A stretch of DNA of 64,000 bases, from assembly GCF_020745735.1 (NCBI RefSeq), contig NC_083438.1, forward strand, positions 32,486,443 through 32,550,442, in the 5' to 3' direction. Each line of letters starts with the position of its first letter. Positions within the stretch are counted from its first letter, which is position 1. Shown here in pieces: positions 34,905-48,316 of the stretch. The DNA comes from Hemiscyllium ocellatum (taxonomy: Eukaryota). Below the pieces are notes generated by a model. The model was given only the letters and a program-made list of their open reading frames with translations. It searched no databases and had not been told where the DNA came from. The translations under genes and the position numbers were made by a program.

Positions 34905-35050
34905 GTTAGGGACTGAGTTCACTCAGTTGCGTGGGCAGCTGCTTTGCAATGCAGCACGATACCAACAGTTTCGATTCCTGTACTGGCTGAGGTCACTCTT
35001 GAATACTCTCCTTCTCGACCTCTCGCTCTCGCCCTGAGGTTGGACTAGGT
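34905..35050 (+). mobile_element. Second tRNA-derived SINE family (another copy at ~41890-42060)
   Basis: ttcactcagttg...ttgcaatgcag...ccaacag...ttcgattcctgtactggctgaggtcac is shared with the 41.9-kb copy. Confidence 0.5.
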
Positions 35051-35481
35051 CTGAGTGTCTAAAACTCTCATCCTCCCTGCCAGTCATATTGCTGAATAAC
35101 ACAAGATGCAGGCTAAGATTGGAAAAGTGGTGTGTTGCAGAGAGAGCTGGGGCAATGTGTGCACAGATTATTGAAGGACAGAGGCTGGTTGGGGGGGAGC
35201 CAGGGTGGAGGGGGAGAGAGATTGAGAGAGAGAGAGTGCAGTTAATAAAGGACACAGCCTCCTTAGATTAATTGTGGTGTGGAACTGCTGCTGAAGGGAC
35301 AGGCACGTGCGGAATGGGAAGAGAACAGATCACATGGGATGTCACAAGAATCCAACACGTTTTTCCCCGGAGTCGAAACTGTATGTTCCTCAGAAGCTAG
35401 TGGTTTCACATATCGCTGTTTCATCTCCCTCACATCAGGGAGAGAGAGAGAGTGCGTGGTCCCCTCGGGGCGAAGGTTACC

Positions 35482-35527
35482 ATGAGCGGGGCCCAGCTCC
35501 TCCTCCTCCTCCTCCTCCAGGTGATGG
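35482..35527 (+). CDS. Gene 3 (SRCR/Ig mosaic protein) leader exon 1, MSGAQLLLLLLLQVM
   Basis: accATGA Kozak context, seven Leu codons, donor G|gtgagt (phase 1). Confidence 0.85.
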
Positions 35528-35779
35528 GTGAGTGACTCCGTCATGTGCCGATTGCTTCCTGGTAAAATCCTGGCCGCGGATCTCCAGATCCCTGTTCGAA
35601 ATCTGCCTGGCCGTGCGTGACCTTGCTGGGGCACATCTAACATGGAGGTAGTGGCTACTGTGGGATTTAATAACTGTGAGACATGAGGGGACTCGCTTTG
35701 GCAGGAGGAAGAGAGGAGCAGAAAATTATTGAATCGGAGAAAGACCGCGGAAAGCCACAGGTTCAGGGGGATTTAGGGG

Positions 35780-36870
35780 AAACAACATCTGTGAGTCACA
35801 TAAAATGCTAGGATCCAGTTCAGTGGGTCACAGGAAGGCAAACGGTCTTTGTTTCAAAGGGAATAGGGTATAAAAGTTGGAAGGCTTTTTCTAAAACAGT
35901 TTAAGGCCAGACCAGAGCCGGGATACGGTGAGGAATCTTATGGCCTTGTATCCAAGAAAAGATAGACTGGGCATTGGAGGCAATACAGAGTAGGTTCACT
36001 CAGCTGATTGCAGGTACAGAGAGACTGTCTGGTGAGGGAGAGTTTGAGTCAGTCAGGTCTGTTCTCATTGGAGATTGGAAGAATGAGAGGTGACCTGATT
36101 GAAGACTTTCAGATGACTTGATTTGAGAGTAAATGAGGGAGAGAGCTTGTTTCCCCTTGCATTGTGGGAGAGTCTGGGACCAAAGGGACATTGTTTGAGA
36201 ATAAGGGAGAAGACAGAGATGGGGAGGGATGACTCCTCTCCGAGGGGGAGGAGGAATCTGTGGAATTCTTTTCCATAGAAGGCTGTCAAGATTGGGTCTG
36301 TGAGTATATTTGAGATAATCAAGAAGAGAAATCAGGCTGGGAGATGGGGAGAGTGCAAGATGATCAGATCAGTTGTGATCCAATTGAAAACTGGAGCAGA
36401 TGTGATGGACTGAATGGTTAGGTAGGCAGATTGAGTGGGTGTATTGTAGGACAGACTGAGAGACAGCAGTCACTAAAGCACACAGCTCCCTTGAATTTAT
36501 TCATAGAGTCATAGAGATGTACAGCACATTTCATCCTTCGGCCCAACCTCGTCCATAGCGACCAGATACCCTAACCTAATCTAGTCCCATTTGTCAGCAC
36601 TTGGTCCATATCCCTCCAAACCCTTCTTATTCATATACCCATCCAGATGCCTTTTAAATGTTGTATTGTACCAGCCTCCACCACTTCCTCTGGCAGTTCA
36701 TTCCATACACGTACCACCCGCTGTGTGAAACCGTTGCCCCTTAGGTCCCTTTTATATCTTGCTCCTCTCACCCTAAATCTATGCCCTCTACTTCTCCCCC
36801 ACCCAAGGGAAAATACTTTGTCTATTTGTCCTATCCATGCCCCTCATAATTTTATATCATGTGCTTTCTC
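35780..36870. mobile_element. CR1 3' fragments (plus strand 35780-36430, minus strand 36500-36870)
   Basis: CR1 ORF2-end and 3'UTR motifs on both strands. Confidence 0.7.
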
Positions 36871-37199
36871 TCTTTGTCTTTCTCTCTCTTAAAAGTGCCG
36901 TTGTTTTGACTTTTTTTCTCTCCTAAGTTCCAAAACAATGCAATGGAATATAAAACAGTAATTGCTGCTCTTGGAATTTGAGGAAATCACCTACAATATC
37001 TCAAAAAAGGAGCAGCTCTAATAGTCACAATTTTTTCCCATTCTCCCATCTTGGATTATCCAGAATTGTCCTAGGGGTGCAGAATCTGCGAGGAGGGAGA
37101 TGATGCCGAACTTGTACAATACACTCATTAGACCTCAGCTGAATATTGTGTACAGTGCGGACACCACATTATAGGGAAGATGGGACCACACTGGGGAGA

Positions 37200-37740
37200 C
37201 GGAGAGAGAGTGAGACAGGGAGAGGGACTGAGAGAGAGAAAGAAAGAGAGAGTGAGTGAGAGAGAGCGGGACAGAGAGAGATAAAGAGAGCTGGAAAGTG
37301 AGACTGACAAAGAGCGACAGTGACAGAGTGACAGAGGGAGGGGAGACAGAGGGAGAAACAGTGAGAGAGAGTGACAATAAGACAGAAAGAGAGAGAGACA
37401 GGAAGATAGGGAGAGAGAGAGGGAGACAGAGAAAGACAGAGGGAGAGAAAGAGACAGAGAGAGGGAGACAGAGAGAGAGAGAGAGGGAGAGAGAGAGGGA
37501 GAGAGAGCTGGAAAGTGAGACTGACAAAGAGCGACAGTGACAGAGTGACAGAGGGGAGACAGAGAGAGAAAAACAGTGAGAGAGAGTGACAATAAGACAG
37601 AAAGAGAGAGAGAGAGAGACAGGAAGATAGGGAGAGAGAGAGAGGGAGACAAAGAAAGACAGAGAGGGAGAAAGAGACAGAGAGAGCGAGACTGAGAGAC
37701 AGAGAGAGAGAGAGACAGAGAGAGAGAGAGACTGAGAGAG
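37200..37740. repeat. GA-rich low-complexity tract with an internal ~220-bp duplication, inside a CR1 fragment
   Basis: gagagagctggaaagtgagactgacaaagagcgacagtgacag recurs at ~37285 and ~37503. Confidence 0.8.
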
Positions 37741-38292
37741 TGCAGAAATGATTTACAAGAAGAGTCCCAGGGATGAGAAATTCAGGCAATAAGGATTAAT
37801 TGAAAAAGATGGGGAGTGTTCGCCCTGGGGGAGGAGAAGGCTGAGAGAGGGAGATCCAGCAAGGTTTTCAAAATCACAAAGGGGAAGGGGGAGGGGGCTG
37901 GAGAGAGACGATACGGAGAAGCTGTTCTCACTTGGAAAAGGAACACGAATGAGAAAGGGAGGGGCAAAGATTTCAAGTGAGGTATAAACGGAATGAGGGA
38001 GGGGTTGGGAAAATTAAGGAAAAAGTGTTCCCACCCAGCAAATTGTTAGGGTGTGGCACGTACTGCCTGGATATGTGCTGGGGGCAGGATAAATGGAGAG
38101 GGGGCATTAGATGGGGAGTTGGATAGAAATGGGGTATGAAGGGATTGGGGATGGAGTAAAAACAGGGGATTGGTGATGTGGGGGTAGATTACAGAACCAA
38201 TGTTGGTGCAATTGGTTCATCAGTTTCCCCCCGTTCCATCGCACTTTCCCATCTCGTCTGAGATCTAACCTTTTCGCTGTTTTCTCTTGCAG

Positions 38293-38328
38293 TGTTCCAG
38301 AGTTCACAGCAGGCAATTGACTCTCAAG
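38293..38328 (+). CDS. Gene 3 36-bp leader mini-exon (VFQSSQQAIDSQ)
   Basis: Acceptor ttttctcttgcag, donor G|gtcagt, 36 nt, phase 1-1; completes the signal peptide in frame. Confidence 0.75.
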
Positions 38329-39609
38329 GTCAGTGACATTACTACAATCAGTGAAAAAAAATTACATTAATGTTTCTGACGCAAACTCTCCGCCATCGTA
38401 CACGTGAAGGTTTCCAAGTGGACATCAAACCCCATACTGGGCCTCATCTTCCGGATTTCAGAATCTGTCCCCTCGCCCTGTCCCATCATAGCCTCAATGG
38501 CCCTCAAATATCCGTGTATTCCAATTCCCATTTTCCCAACCCTTGGCCCACAGCCTTGGCATCACAGGTAGCTATTGAACTCTTTCTCTAATGCAATGAG
38601 AATGCCTGCCTCTCCCACTCTTACAGCTAGTGAGTTCGTCTGAGCAAACATGTTGCCCCTTACCACCTCCTGCCTCTTCCCTTCAAGCTATCTTTACCCC
38701 TCTCCCCCCTCAGTCATTGATCATTCCATCAAGGGAGGGGATGTTTCTACCTGCCTACTCTATCGATGCCCCCTGCATCACTTTATACATCTTAGTCATC
38801 CCCTCCCTCTCTCAATCTGCCCTGCTTGATGGGAAATAACCCCAGTCTATCCAATCTCCCTCCATCACTAAAACTCTCCACCACCCTCCCTGCCTCATAA
38901 GGGAGACAGAGGAAGGGAGAGGGAGAGCAGGAGAGACATTGACGGAGAGTGAGAGATAGAGGGTCATAAAGAGTGACAAACGGCTGAAGAGAGAGAGGAA
39001 GGGAGAGGGTTGGAAGGAAAGAAAGATAGACAGAGATGCAGACAGAGACAGAGAGAGGGACAGAGCCAGAGGTCGTGAGAGACAGAGTGAGTGAGAGAGA
39101 GAGAGATATATAGACAGACAGAAAGAGAGAGACATAGAGAAATAGAGAGAAAGGGTGAGAAAGAGAGAGAGATAGACAGAGGGTATGAGAAAGGGACAGA
39201 CAGAGAGGGAAAGAGAGGGGTGAGAAAGAGAGAGAAAGGTAGGAGAGAGGGGGAAAGACGAGAGGGAGAGAAAGGGTAGGAAAGATAGATAGAGAGAGAT
39301 AGAGAGCGTGGAAAGAGAGACACAGTGTGAGGTGGACAGACAGACACAAAGATAGAGAGACAGAGAATGACAGACAGAGACAGAGATAGAGAGACAGACA
39401 GGGAGACAGAGAGAGAGAGAGAGAGATAGATAGACGCAGTGAGAGAGACAGAGAAAACATGGAGAGACAGAGAGACAGATAGAGAGACATAGACAGAGCG
39501 AGAGAGAGATGGAGACACAGAGACAGACTGAGACAGAGAGAGAGACAGAGACAGATACAAGCCAATGTTTTTGTTCCTTGCCCTCATCCCCCTCCCGTTC
39601 TCGTTCTAG

Positions 39610-39918
39610 TGAGGCTGAGTGACGGCCCGACCCCGTGCTCTGGGAGAGTGGAGGTTTACCACTCGGGAGAGTGGGGCACCGTGTGTGATGACAGCTGGGG
39701 CATTAAAGATGCCAGGGTGGTGTGTCGCCAACTCGGGTGTGGCCCTGCCATCTCGGCGCTCAGGGGTGGGTCTTACCCAGTTGGCACTGGAAAGATCTGG
39801 ATGGACGAAGTCCAATGTCAGGGTACAGAGCTCCAACTGTCCACCTGCTCATTTCAAGGTTGGAATAAACACAACTGCAACCACAACGAAGACGCTGGAG
39901 TGACCTGTCAACAAGGAG
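39610..39918 (+). CDS. Gene 3 SRCR domain 1 (group B)
   Basis: 309 nt, phase 1-1; [27 protein letters not shown]...HNEDAGVTC with 8 Cys in a single exon. Confidence 0.95.
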
Positions 39919-40002
39919 GTAAGATGTCACTCTCTATTTTCATACCAGTCTCAGGCTGGTGTGTTCATGCCACCCCAGCGCCAAGCAATGACCATCCAAA
40001 CT

Positions 40003-40340
40003 GAGAGAGAATCTAACCATTACCCCCATGATGTTCAATGGTGTTACCATTACTGAAAGCCCCACTTCAACATTCTGGGGATTACCATTGAGAGAGAATC
40101 TAACCATCGCTCCCTTGACATTTGATGGTGTTACCATTACCGGATTCCCCCCACTATCAACATCCTGGGGCTTACCATTGAAAGAGAATCTAACCATCGC
40201 CCCCTTCATATTCAATGGTGTTACTATCACTGAAACCCCCACTATCAACATTCTGGGGGTTACCATTGAGAGAGAATCTAACCATTGCCCCCTTCACATT
40301 CAATGCTGTTATCATCACTGAATCCCCCACTATCAACATC
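40003..40340. repeat. ~88-bp LINE-derived tandem repeat, ~4 copies (sister array at 41250-41670)
   Basis: atctaacc at 40011, 40098, 40188 and 40276; the unit matches the ttcaatgg..accatcactgaa..cccactatcaacatcctggggg segment of the LINE at 12650 and 17610. Confidence 0.8.
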
Positions 40341-40860
40341 GAGGAACAGAGAGAAAGATAGACAGAGGGTATGAGAAAGGGACAGAGAGAGAAGTGAGAA
40401 AGAGAGAGAAAGGAAGGAGAGGGGAGATAGACGAGAGGGAGACAAAGGATAGGAGAGAGAGAGATAGAGAGCGCAGACAGATAGAGAAGGAGAGAGAGGG
40501 AGAGAAAGGGATGAGAAAGAAAGTGAGGAGAGAGAGGGAGAGATGAGAGGGAGAGAAAGGATAGGAGAGAGACAGAGAGAGGAAGATAGAGAGTGCGCAG
40601 ACAGATAGAGACAGGATGAAGCAGACAAACAGTCACAGAGATAGAGAGACAGAGAGAGAGACAGAGAGATAGACAGTGAGAGAGACAGAGAAAACATAGA
40701 GAAACAGAGAGACAGATAGAGACACAGAGAGAGAGAGAGACAGAGACAGACAGAGTCAGAGACACATAGACAGACAGACTGAGACAGAGAGAGAGACAGA
40801 GACAGATACAAGCCAATGTTTTTGTTCCTTGCCCTCATCCCCCTCCCTTTCTCGTTCTAG

Positions 40861-41169
40861 TGAGGCTGAGTGACGGCCCGACCCCGTGCTCTGGGAGAGT
40901 GGAGGTTTACCACTCGGGAGAGTGGGGCACCGTGTGTGATGACAGCTGGGGCATTAAAGATGCCAGGGTGGTGTGTCGCCAACTCGGGTGTGGCCCTGCC
41001 ATCTCGGCGCTCAGGGGTGGGTCTTACCCAGTTGGCACTGGAAAGATCTGGATGGATGAAGTCTGGTGTCGGGGTACGGAGCTCCAACTGTCCACCTGCT
41101 CATTTCAAGGTTGGAATAAACACAACTGCAACCACAACGAAGACGCTGGAGTGACCTGTCAACAAGGAG
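40861..41169 (+). CDS. Gene 3 SRCR domain 2 (group B)
   Basis: 309 nt, phase 1-1; 1251-bp tandem duplicate of SRCR1 with 6 nt differences. Confidence 0.95.
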
Positions 41170-43090
41170 GTAAGGTGTCACTCTCTATTTTCATACCAGT
41201 CTCAGGCTGGTGTGTTCATGCCACCCCAACGCCAAGCAATGACCATCCAAACTGAGAGAGAATCTAACCATTACCCCCATGATGTCCAATGGTGTTAGCA
41301 TTACTGAAACCCGCACTATCAACATTCTGGGGATTGCCATTGAGACAGAATCTAACCATTGCCTCCTTGACATTCAATGGTGTTACCATCACTGAAACCC
41401 CCACTATCAACATCCTGGGGATTACCACTGACAGAGAGTCTAACCATTGCCCCCTTGACATTCGATAGTGTTACCACCACTGAATTCCACCCCCCTGCCT
41501 CCCCGCCCCCTCACCATCAACATCCTGGCAGTTACCAGTGACAGAGAATCTAACCATCATTCCCTTGACATTCAATGGTGTTACCTTCTCTGAAACCCCC
41601 ACTATCAACATCCTGGGGGTTACCAGTGGAGAGAAACCAACCATCATCCCCTCGACATTCAATGGAGTTTTGATCACTGAGTTGCCTCCCTGATCTTAAT
41701 CTTACAGCTAATAAAGACAAATATCCCCTTACACCTTCTTATCCACTTGGCCTGATACCTTAAGGGATCAGTGTACATGGACACTGAGGTCCTTCTGATC
41801 CTCAATGCTTCCCAGGGTCCCATCCTGTATTCCCTTGCCTTGTTTGTCGTACCCAAGTGCTTTGCCTCGCGTTGATCTCCACTCTACTTCGAGGGTCTAT
41901 GGGCAAGGTTAACTCAGATGGATGTTTTTGCAATACGGAGAGTCACCAACAGCGCGGGTTCAATCTCTGCATCGACTGAGGTTACCCTAAAGGGCCCATT
42001 TCCTCACTCTTGCTATGGGGCAGATCAAACCCCCTCAAAACTAACCGAGGAGACAGCCTCACACTTATCTCATTTTCAGGCAAGTGTAAGGTGCTGTGTT
42101 CCAGCTGTGATTCAATTGGGCAAACTATTTGGCTTTAGGTAAAACACATTTGATTCTGACACCCCAAGTAAAAGAATTGGCAGAACTTTATTGAAAAACT
42201 TCACAAAATAATGTGTTATTTAACTCATCATCCCAGCATCCCATAAACACGCCCTTGGGAAAGGCAGGTCCAGCGAGACAGATTTCCCTCACTTTGCTGC
42301 CTCTTCCAGTCCAGGAGAAGGAAGGATGAACCTAACAGCGAGAGAGAGAACTCAAACTCTTGTTTTTTTTTCAGCAGCAGAGAGAGGGTTGTATCTAGCA
42401 GCTTCAACCCCTGATTTCGAAATTGGAAGCAAAGACTAAAATCCTGGGTCTCTGTGAACCTGAATCCACCCGTTCAGGCTACCTCGGTCTCATTTCAAAG
42501 ACAAACACGAGGCCATTTATCCGGCTTTCCATGCCATCCAGGTGACAATACTCCCCCTTCAGGAGAAACAGGATGGTGCAACTCCCTCCTGTATGGCATA
42601 TCTTGTCACACCCCTCTGCCCTGCCTGAGGCGAGGTGACCCTCAGGTTAAACCACCCCTAGTCCTCTCTCCACCTCTCTCTCTCTCTCTCTGGAGCCTGT
42701 GGGAACTTGTTTCTCTCAACGCAAGCATTTCCCGACACGTCCTTTGGTTTTATTCGTGTGCAGGATGTGTGGACATTGCTGGTTGGGCCATGCTGGTTGG
42801 GTCAGCATATATTGCCCAGCGGGGGGCAGTAAAGAGTCAACTGACCTAGCTAAGAGACTGGATTCATGTGTAGACCCAGATCAGACGCAGATGGCAAATT
42901 CCTGTCCCTGGTGGGCATTGGTGAATCAGACAGGTTTCTTTCCCAACAATGGATTCGTGAATTCCAGATTTTCCATTGAATTTGAATTCCAACATGGTGG
43001 GGGCTTCCCTGTGATGTCACCCAGTTTTTTTCACAGAGATTCGGACCATCTCACAACCTGTTTCCCCCTTTTTCTCACCGCCCCACCGAG

Positions 43091-43379
43091 ATAAATCTTC
43101 CCGTCCCTCAATCTCTCTGAAGCCCAACGACCCAATGCTCCTGGTGGGGAGTAACGTGGAATTCAGGTGCACAGCTCTGGAGGGATACAGCAGGGATGCT
43201 TTGGAACAGCGAAAGGTCCCCCCATGATCCACTGGCAAGTGGTGCCAGCCGGGAGCCAGAGCGTCAACTTCTAGCTGGGGAAGATGGCCCTGCTCCATAC
43301 GGGCAATTACACATGTCTCTATAAAGCAACTGCCAGTGGGAACTGGCAATGTTTCCTGCCCAGCGACTCCGAGTGGTGG
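43091..43379 (+). pseudogene. Decayed Ig (IgB-type) pseudo-exon
   Basis: DKSSRPSISLKPNDPMLLVGSNVEFRC..., then a frameshift, a TAG at 43272, then GNYTCLYKATASGNWQCFLPSDS. The donor appears mutated to ataagt. Confidence 0.7.
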
Positions 43380-44204
43380 ATAAGTCCCGGTTTTCCGTCT
43401 CCTCATAAGGCCGCACGTGTTACAACAGACATCGAGAGGCGCTACGCTCTCTAGACATTGTAAAGGAGGCGCTCTATGAAGACAAGGGGATTGCTACAGC
43501 ACCAAGTGCCAATCAGTTGTGGTACCCGCCAGACATAGAAGTCCAAAGGTCCCCCGTTTGTTCCCACACTCTCGGTTTCCGGTCCACCCACCCCCGCCAT
43601 TGCATTAAACCCCACTTCCCACATTTCCCTCATTGAAAACCTTCGGAAAAGGCCAATGGGCAGAACTGGATGAGGGAGCAAAGGACAAATGAGGGAAGAT
43701 TACGGAGAGCTCAAATGCCAGCAGAGGTTGAAATTTTCCAGAGAGTGATTTCCAATCGGGACAGAGATGGAAATCTGAGAAGGGGAATTGGACTTCCCAG
43801 TCTGGGATGGGAATGAGGGATCGAATGGACTCTCATTGGCTGGGAATGAACTCCATTTGTCTACCCTGCTTAGTGAAGGTGGTAGGATAGAGGAAGAGAC
43901 AGCAGTTACTAAAGCACACAGCACCCTTGGATTTGTTCATAGGGGTGTAGAGACCAAGTGCAGGGAGGTGATGCTGAACTTACACAAGACACTTGTTAGA
44001 GCTCAGCTAGCATGCTGTATACAGTCTTGGGCACGACATTATAGAGAAGATGGGAACGTATTGGGGATGAGACTGAGAGAATGAGTGAGGCAGAGAGAGA
44101 ATGACTGATATAAAGAGGGAGGGAGAGAGAGACACACAGGGATAGAGATAAGCGTGAAGGATAAAGACAGAGTGAGTGACAAAGACAGAGTCAGAAAGAA
44201 AATC

Positions 44205-44445
44205 ATAGATTCCCAACAGTGTGGAAACAGGCCCTTCAGCCCAACAAGTACACACTAACCCTCTGAAGAGTAACCCATCTTCCTACCCTATATTTACTCC
44301 TGACTAATGCACCTAAACTGCACACCCCTGAACACTATGGGCAATTTAGCATGGCCAATCCTAATCATACCCTAACCTGTCCATCTTTGGACTGTGGGGC
44401 TGGAAAGCCACACAGACACAGGGAGAATGTGCAAAACTCTCCACG
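44205..44445 (-). mobile_element. HE1/V-SINE-like SINE (homologous copies at ~50010-50315, ~56370-56660 and ~62010-62325 in later units)
   Basis: A reverse SINE sits upstream of each IgA position. Confidence 0.75.
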
Positions 44446-44624
44446 GTACTCCAGGTGCGGAAACGTCAATTCCTTGTATATTTACAACAACAGCTTCCCT
44501 GCTTTTATCCTCCACGGTTACGTTCTGCACTCTGTTGCTGGCGCCTATCTGTGTTGTTTCATTTTCTGTCCACTGTGTACTTCGGAGAGCTTAATTCTGA
44601 AGATTTCTCATGTTCTACTTACAG

Positions 44625-44918
44625 AGCCACCAGCCCGGCCAGAGATTACAGCCGCTCCCTCATACCCGGCGTATCTGGTGGGAGAAAATGTCACCCTGAC
44701 GTGTGTAATCCCAAACCGTTACACTCCCGCTCACATCCAGTTTCTGAAAGACTCTGCCCTCGTCACCAACAGCACTGGGAACCAGTGGCGATTCACCCAC
44801 AATGTCCTCCATCTCACCTCCGTCGAAGTGGGGAACTACACTTGTTCCTACCAGACCCTGAAGTTTGGACGATCGCTCTCATCAGCCCCCAGTCTCCCAG
44901 TGAAAATCGCCCTCACTC
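44625..44918 (+). CDS. Gene 3 Ig domain IgA1 (C2/LRC-like)
   Basis: 294 nt, phase 1-1; GENVTLTC...FLKD...GNYTCSY...SAPSLPVKIALT; Cys spacing 47; no C-strand Trp. Confidence 0.92.
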
Positions 44919-45206
44919 GTGAGTCTGAACACCCGCTGTGTTGCACATTGTACGCTCTCCGAATCTGATTAACGCAGAAAGAGAGAGACAGAGTTAACTT
45001 TTCAGGTTATAAACACCAGAAGTTGCTGGAGAAAGTCAGCGAGTCTGTGGAGTGAGAGAGATAGAAACAGAGGTAATATGACAGAGAGGCAAGGTGGCTC
45101 AGTGGTTAGCACTGATGCCTCACAGTGCCAGGGACCTGGGGTCTAAATCCACCCTCGAGCGACTGTCCATTTGAAGATTGCATGTTCTCCCTGTGTCTGT
45201 GCAGGT

Positions 45207-45950
45207 TACACACTTAATGGTAAGGTACTAGGGAATGTTGCTGAACAAAGAGACCTTGGAGTGCAGGTTCATAGCTCCTTGAAAGTGGACTCACATGTGG
45301 ATGGGATAGTGAAGAAGGCGTTTGGTATGCTTTCTTTTATCGGTCAGAGTATTGAGTACAGGAGTTGGGAGGTCACGTTGCGGCTGTACAGGACATTGGT
45401 TAGGCCACTGTTGGAATATTGCATGTAATTCTGGTCTCCTTCCTCTCAGAAAGATATTGTGAAACTTGAAAGGGTTCAGAAAAGATTTACAAGGATGTTG
45501 CCAGGGTTGGAGGGCTTGAGCTATAGGGAGAGATTGAATAAGCTAGGGCTGTTTTCCCTGGAGCGTTGGAGGCTGAGGGGTAACCTTATAGAGGGTTATA
45601 AAATCATGAGGGGCATGGATAGGCTAAATAGGCAAAGTCTTTTCCCTGGGGTGGGGGAGTCCAGAACTAGAGGGCATAGGTTTAGGGTGAGAGGGGAAAG
45701 ATATAAAAGAGACCTAAGGGGCAGCTTTTTCACACAGAGGGTGGTACGTGTATGGAATGAGCTGCCAGAGGAAGTGGTGGAGGCTGGTACAATTGCAACA
45801 CTTAAGAGGCATTTGGTTAGGTATATGAATAGGGAGGATTTGGAGGGATATGGGCTGGGCGCTGGCAGGTGGGGCGAGATTGAGTTGGGATATCTGGTCA
45901 GCATGGACGGGTTGGACCAAAGGGTCTGTTTTCATGACTCTATGTCTATA
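45207..45950 (+). mobile_element. 5'-truncated CR1 inserted into a SINE, unit 1 only
   Basis: KLERVQKRFTRMLPGLEGLSYRERL...FFTQRVVRVWNELPEEVVEAG; absent at the homologous SINE positions in units 2 (~51455) and 3 (~57810). Confidence 0.9.
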
Positions 45951-46584
45951 CCTCCGTGTGGTCCAGTTTCCTCCCACAGTCCAAAGATGTGCATGATGAG
46001 TTGGATTAATGATGGGGAATTGCCCCAAAGTGTCCAGCGATGTGTAGGTTAGGGCAGATTAGCCACAGGGTAAAGCAAGGTTACAGGGATAGGGTAGGAT
46101 AGGGATGTGTCTGGGTGGGATGTTCTTCAGAAGGTCAGTGTGGACCGGATGCTCACACTATGATTACAGGTTAGAAACACAGAGAGTATTGGAGCTGGGA
46201 GCAGCCAAAGATACACTTGGCTTCAGAGGCAGTCTACAGAAAGTTCGATTGGCTGGTCCCACGTAAGGAGCGACCGTCAGATGAGGAAGAGGGTTGAATA
46301 GGTTGGCCCTCTCCTCATTCCAGTTTAGAAGAATGAGCAGTGACCAGGTGAAGATTCTTAGGTAACTTGATTTGAAGGATGATGGAGAGAGAAGTTGTTT
46401 CCCTTCGTGTGAGAGTCTGGGACCAGAGAGGCTCTCCGAGACGGGGAGCGTATCTGTTGAATTCTTTACTGCAGAGGGCTGTCGAGGCTGGGGCTTTGAG
46501 TGTATATTGAAAGCTGAAATGGAGAGATTATTAATCAGGAAGGGGGAATCGAGGAGGCTGGGGGAGAAGTGGGGTTGAGGATGA

Positions 46585-47232
<648 letters not shown>

Positions 47233-48016
47233 TAACACTGACGTACATTGTCACACTCACACTCATTCACACACTCTCTCCCTCACTCACGTTCATTCTC
47301 ACACATTGTCTCTCTCACATTCTCTTTTTCTCTCATAAACACTCTCCCTCATAAACTCTCTCAAAGTCTCTCTCTCTCTCTCTCTCTCAAACTGTCTCTC
47401 TTTCATTTTCTTTCTCTCATACCCCCTTTCTCATACTCTATATCACAGGCCCTCCAGCAGCCTCTCTCTCTCTCACTGTCTTACACACTCTCTCACACTC
47501 TTTCACTCTCACACATTCTGTCTCTCACTCACACTCTCTTTCACACACACTGTCACACTCTCTTTTTCTCACACACGCTCTCCCACACACTGTGTCACAG
47601 TCCCTCTTTCACAGGCCCTTTCTCACAGGCCCTCTCTCTCTCTCTCTTTCTCTCACATACACACCCTTTCTTTCTATCTCACACACTCTCTCTCACACTC
47701 TTTATCTTGCAGAGTATCTCTCTCTCACACACAGATGCTCTCTCCCTCTTTCTCTCCTCCCTTTCTCTCTCCATCTCTCCCCCTCTCTCTCTCACACTCC
47801 TTCCCTCTCTCCGTCTGTCTCATACAGCCTCTCTCACGATAACCCCAATCTGTGTCCCTGAACAAACGGATGACAAAACCCCATGATTGGGGAGCGGAGA
47901 CTGTGATGGACATGCCCCACAGTGACAGTGGTGAAGGCTTGGGGGGGAGGGGGAAGGGGAGAGGAGTGAATGAGACACTAATCCTGATGACCTTGTGTCC
48001 TCCCTCCCCCCCGCAG

Positions 48017-48316
48017 GCTCCCTGCTCCGACCCTTCATCACAATCACACCGGACAGCCCCCTCCACGTGTCTGGGATCCCCCTGGCAATCCAGTGCCTGG
48101 CTCCGACAGGGTACCTTGGGGGCCGCTTCCGCATCCTGAGGGGTACGTCTGTGGCCAAGGAACACCGGCTGGACCCTGGGAGAAACGGAGCTGTTTTCCT
48201 GTACCGTAACGTGAGCACCAGCATCGGGGGGAGCTACAGCTGCCTGTACCAGAGGCTGGTCGCTGGCTTCTGGGTCACCTTCCGGGCCAGCCCCTCCATT
48301 TCCATCCGGGTCATAG
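48017..48316 (+). CDS. Gene 3 Ig domain IgB1 (C2/LRC-like)
   Basis: 300 nt, phase 1-1; RPFITITP...LAIQC...GRFRILR...GSYSCLY...W...SPSISIRV; Cys spacing 49. Confidence 0.92.

Noticed and set aside
37128-40838. Long Ser/Leu-rich ORFs (174-257 aa)
   Set aside because: Translations of (GA)n/(CT)n low-complexity tracts.
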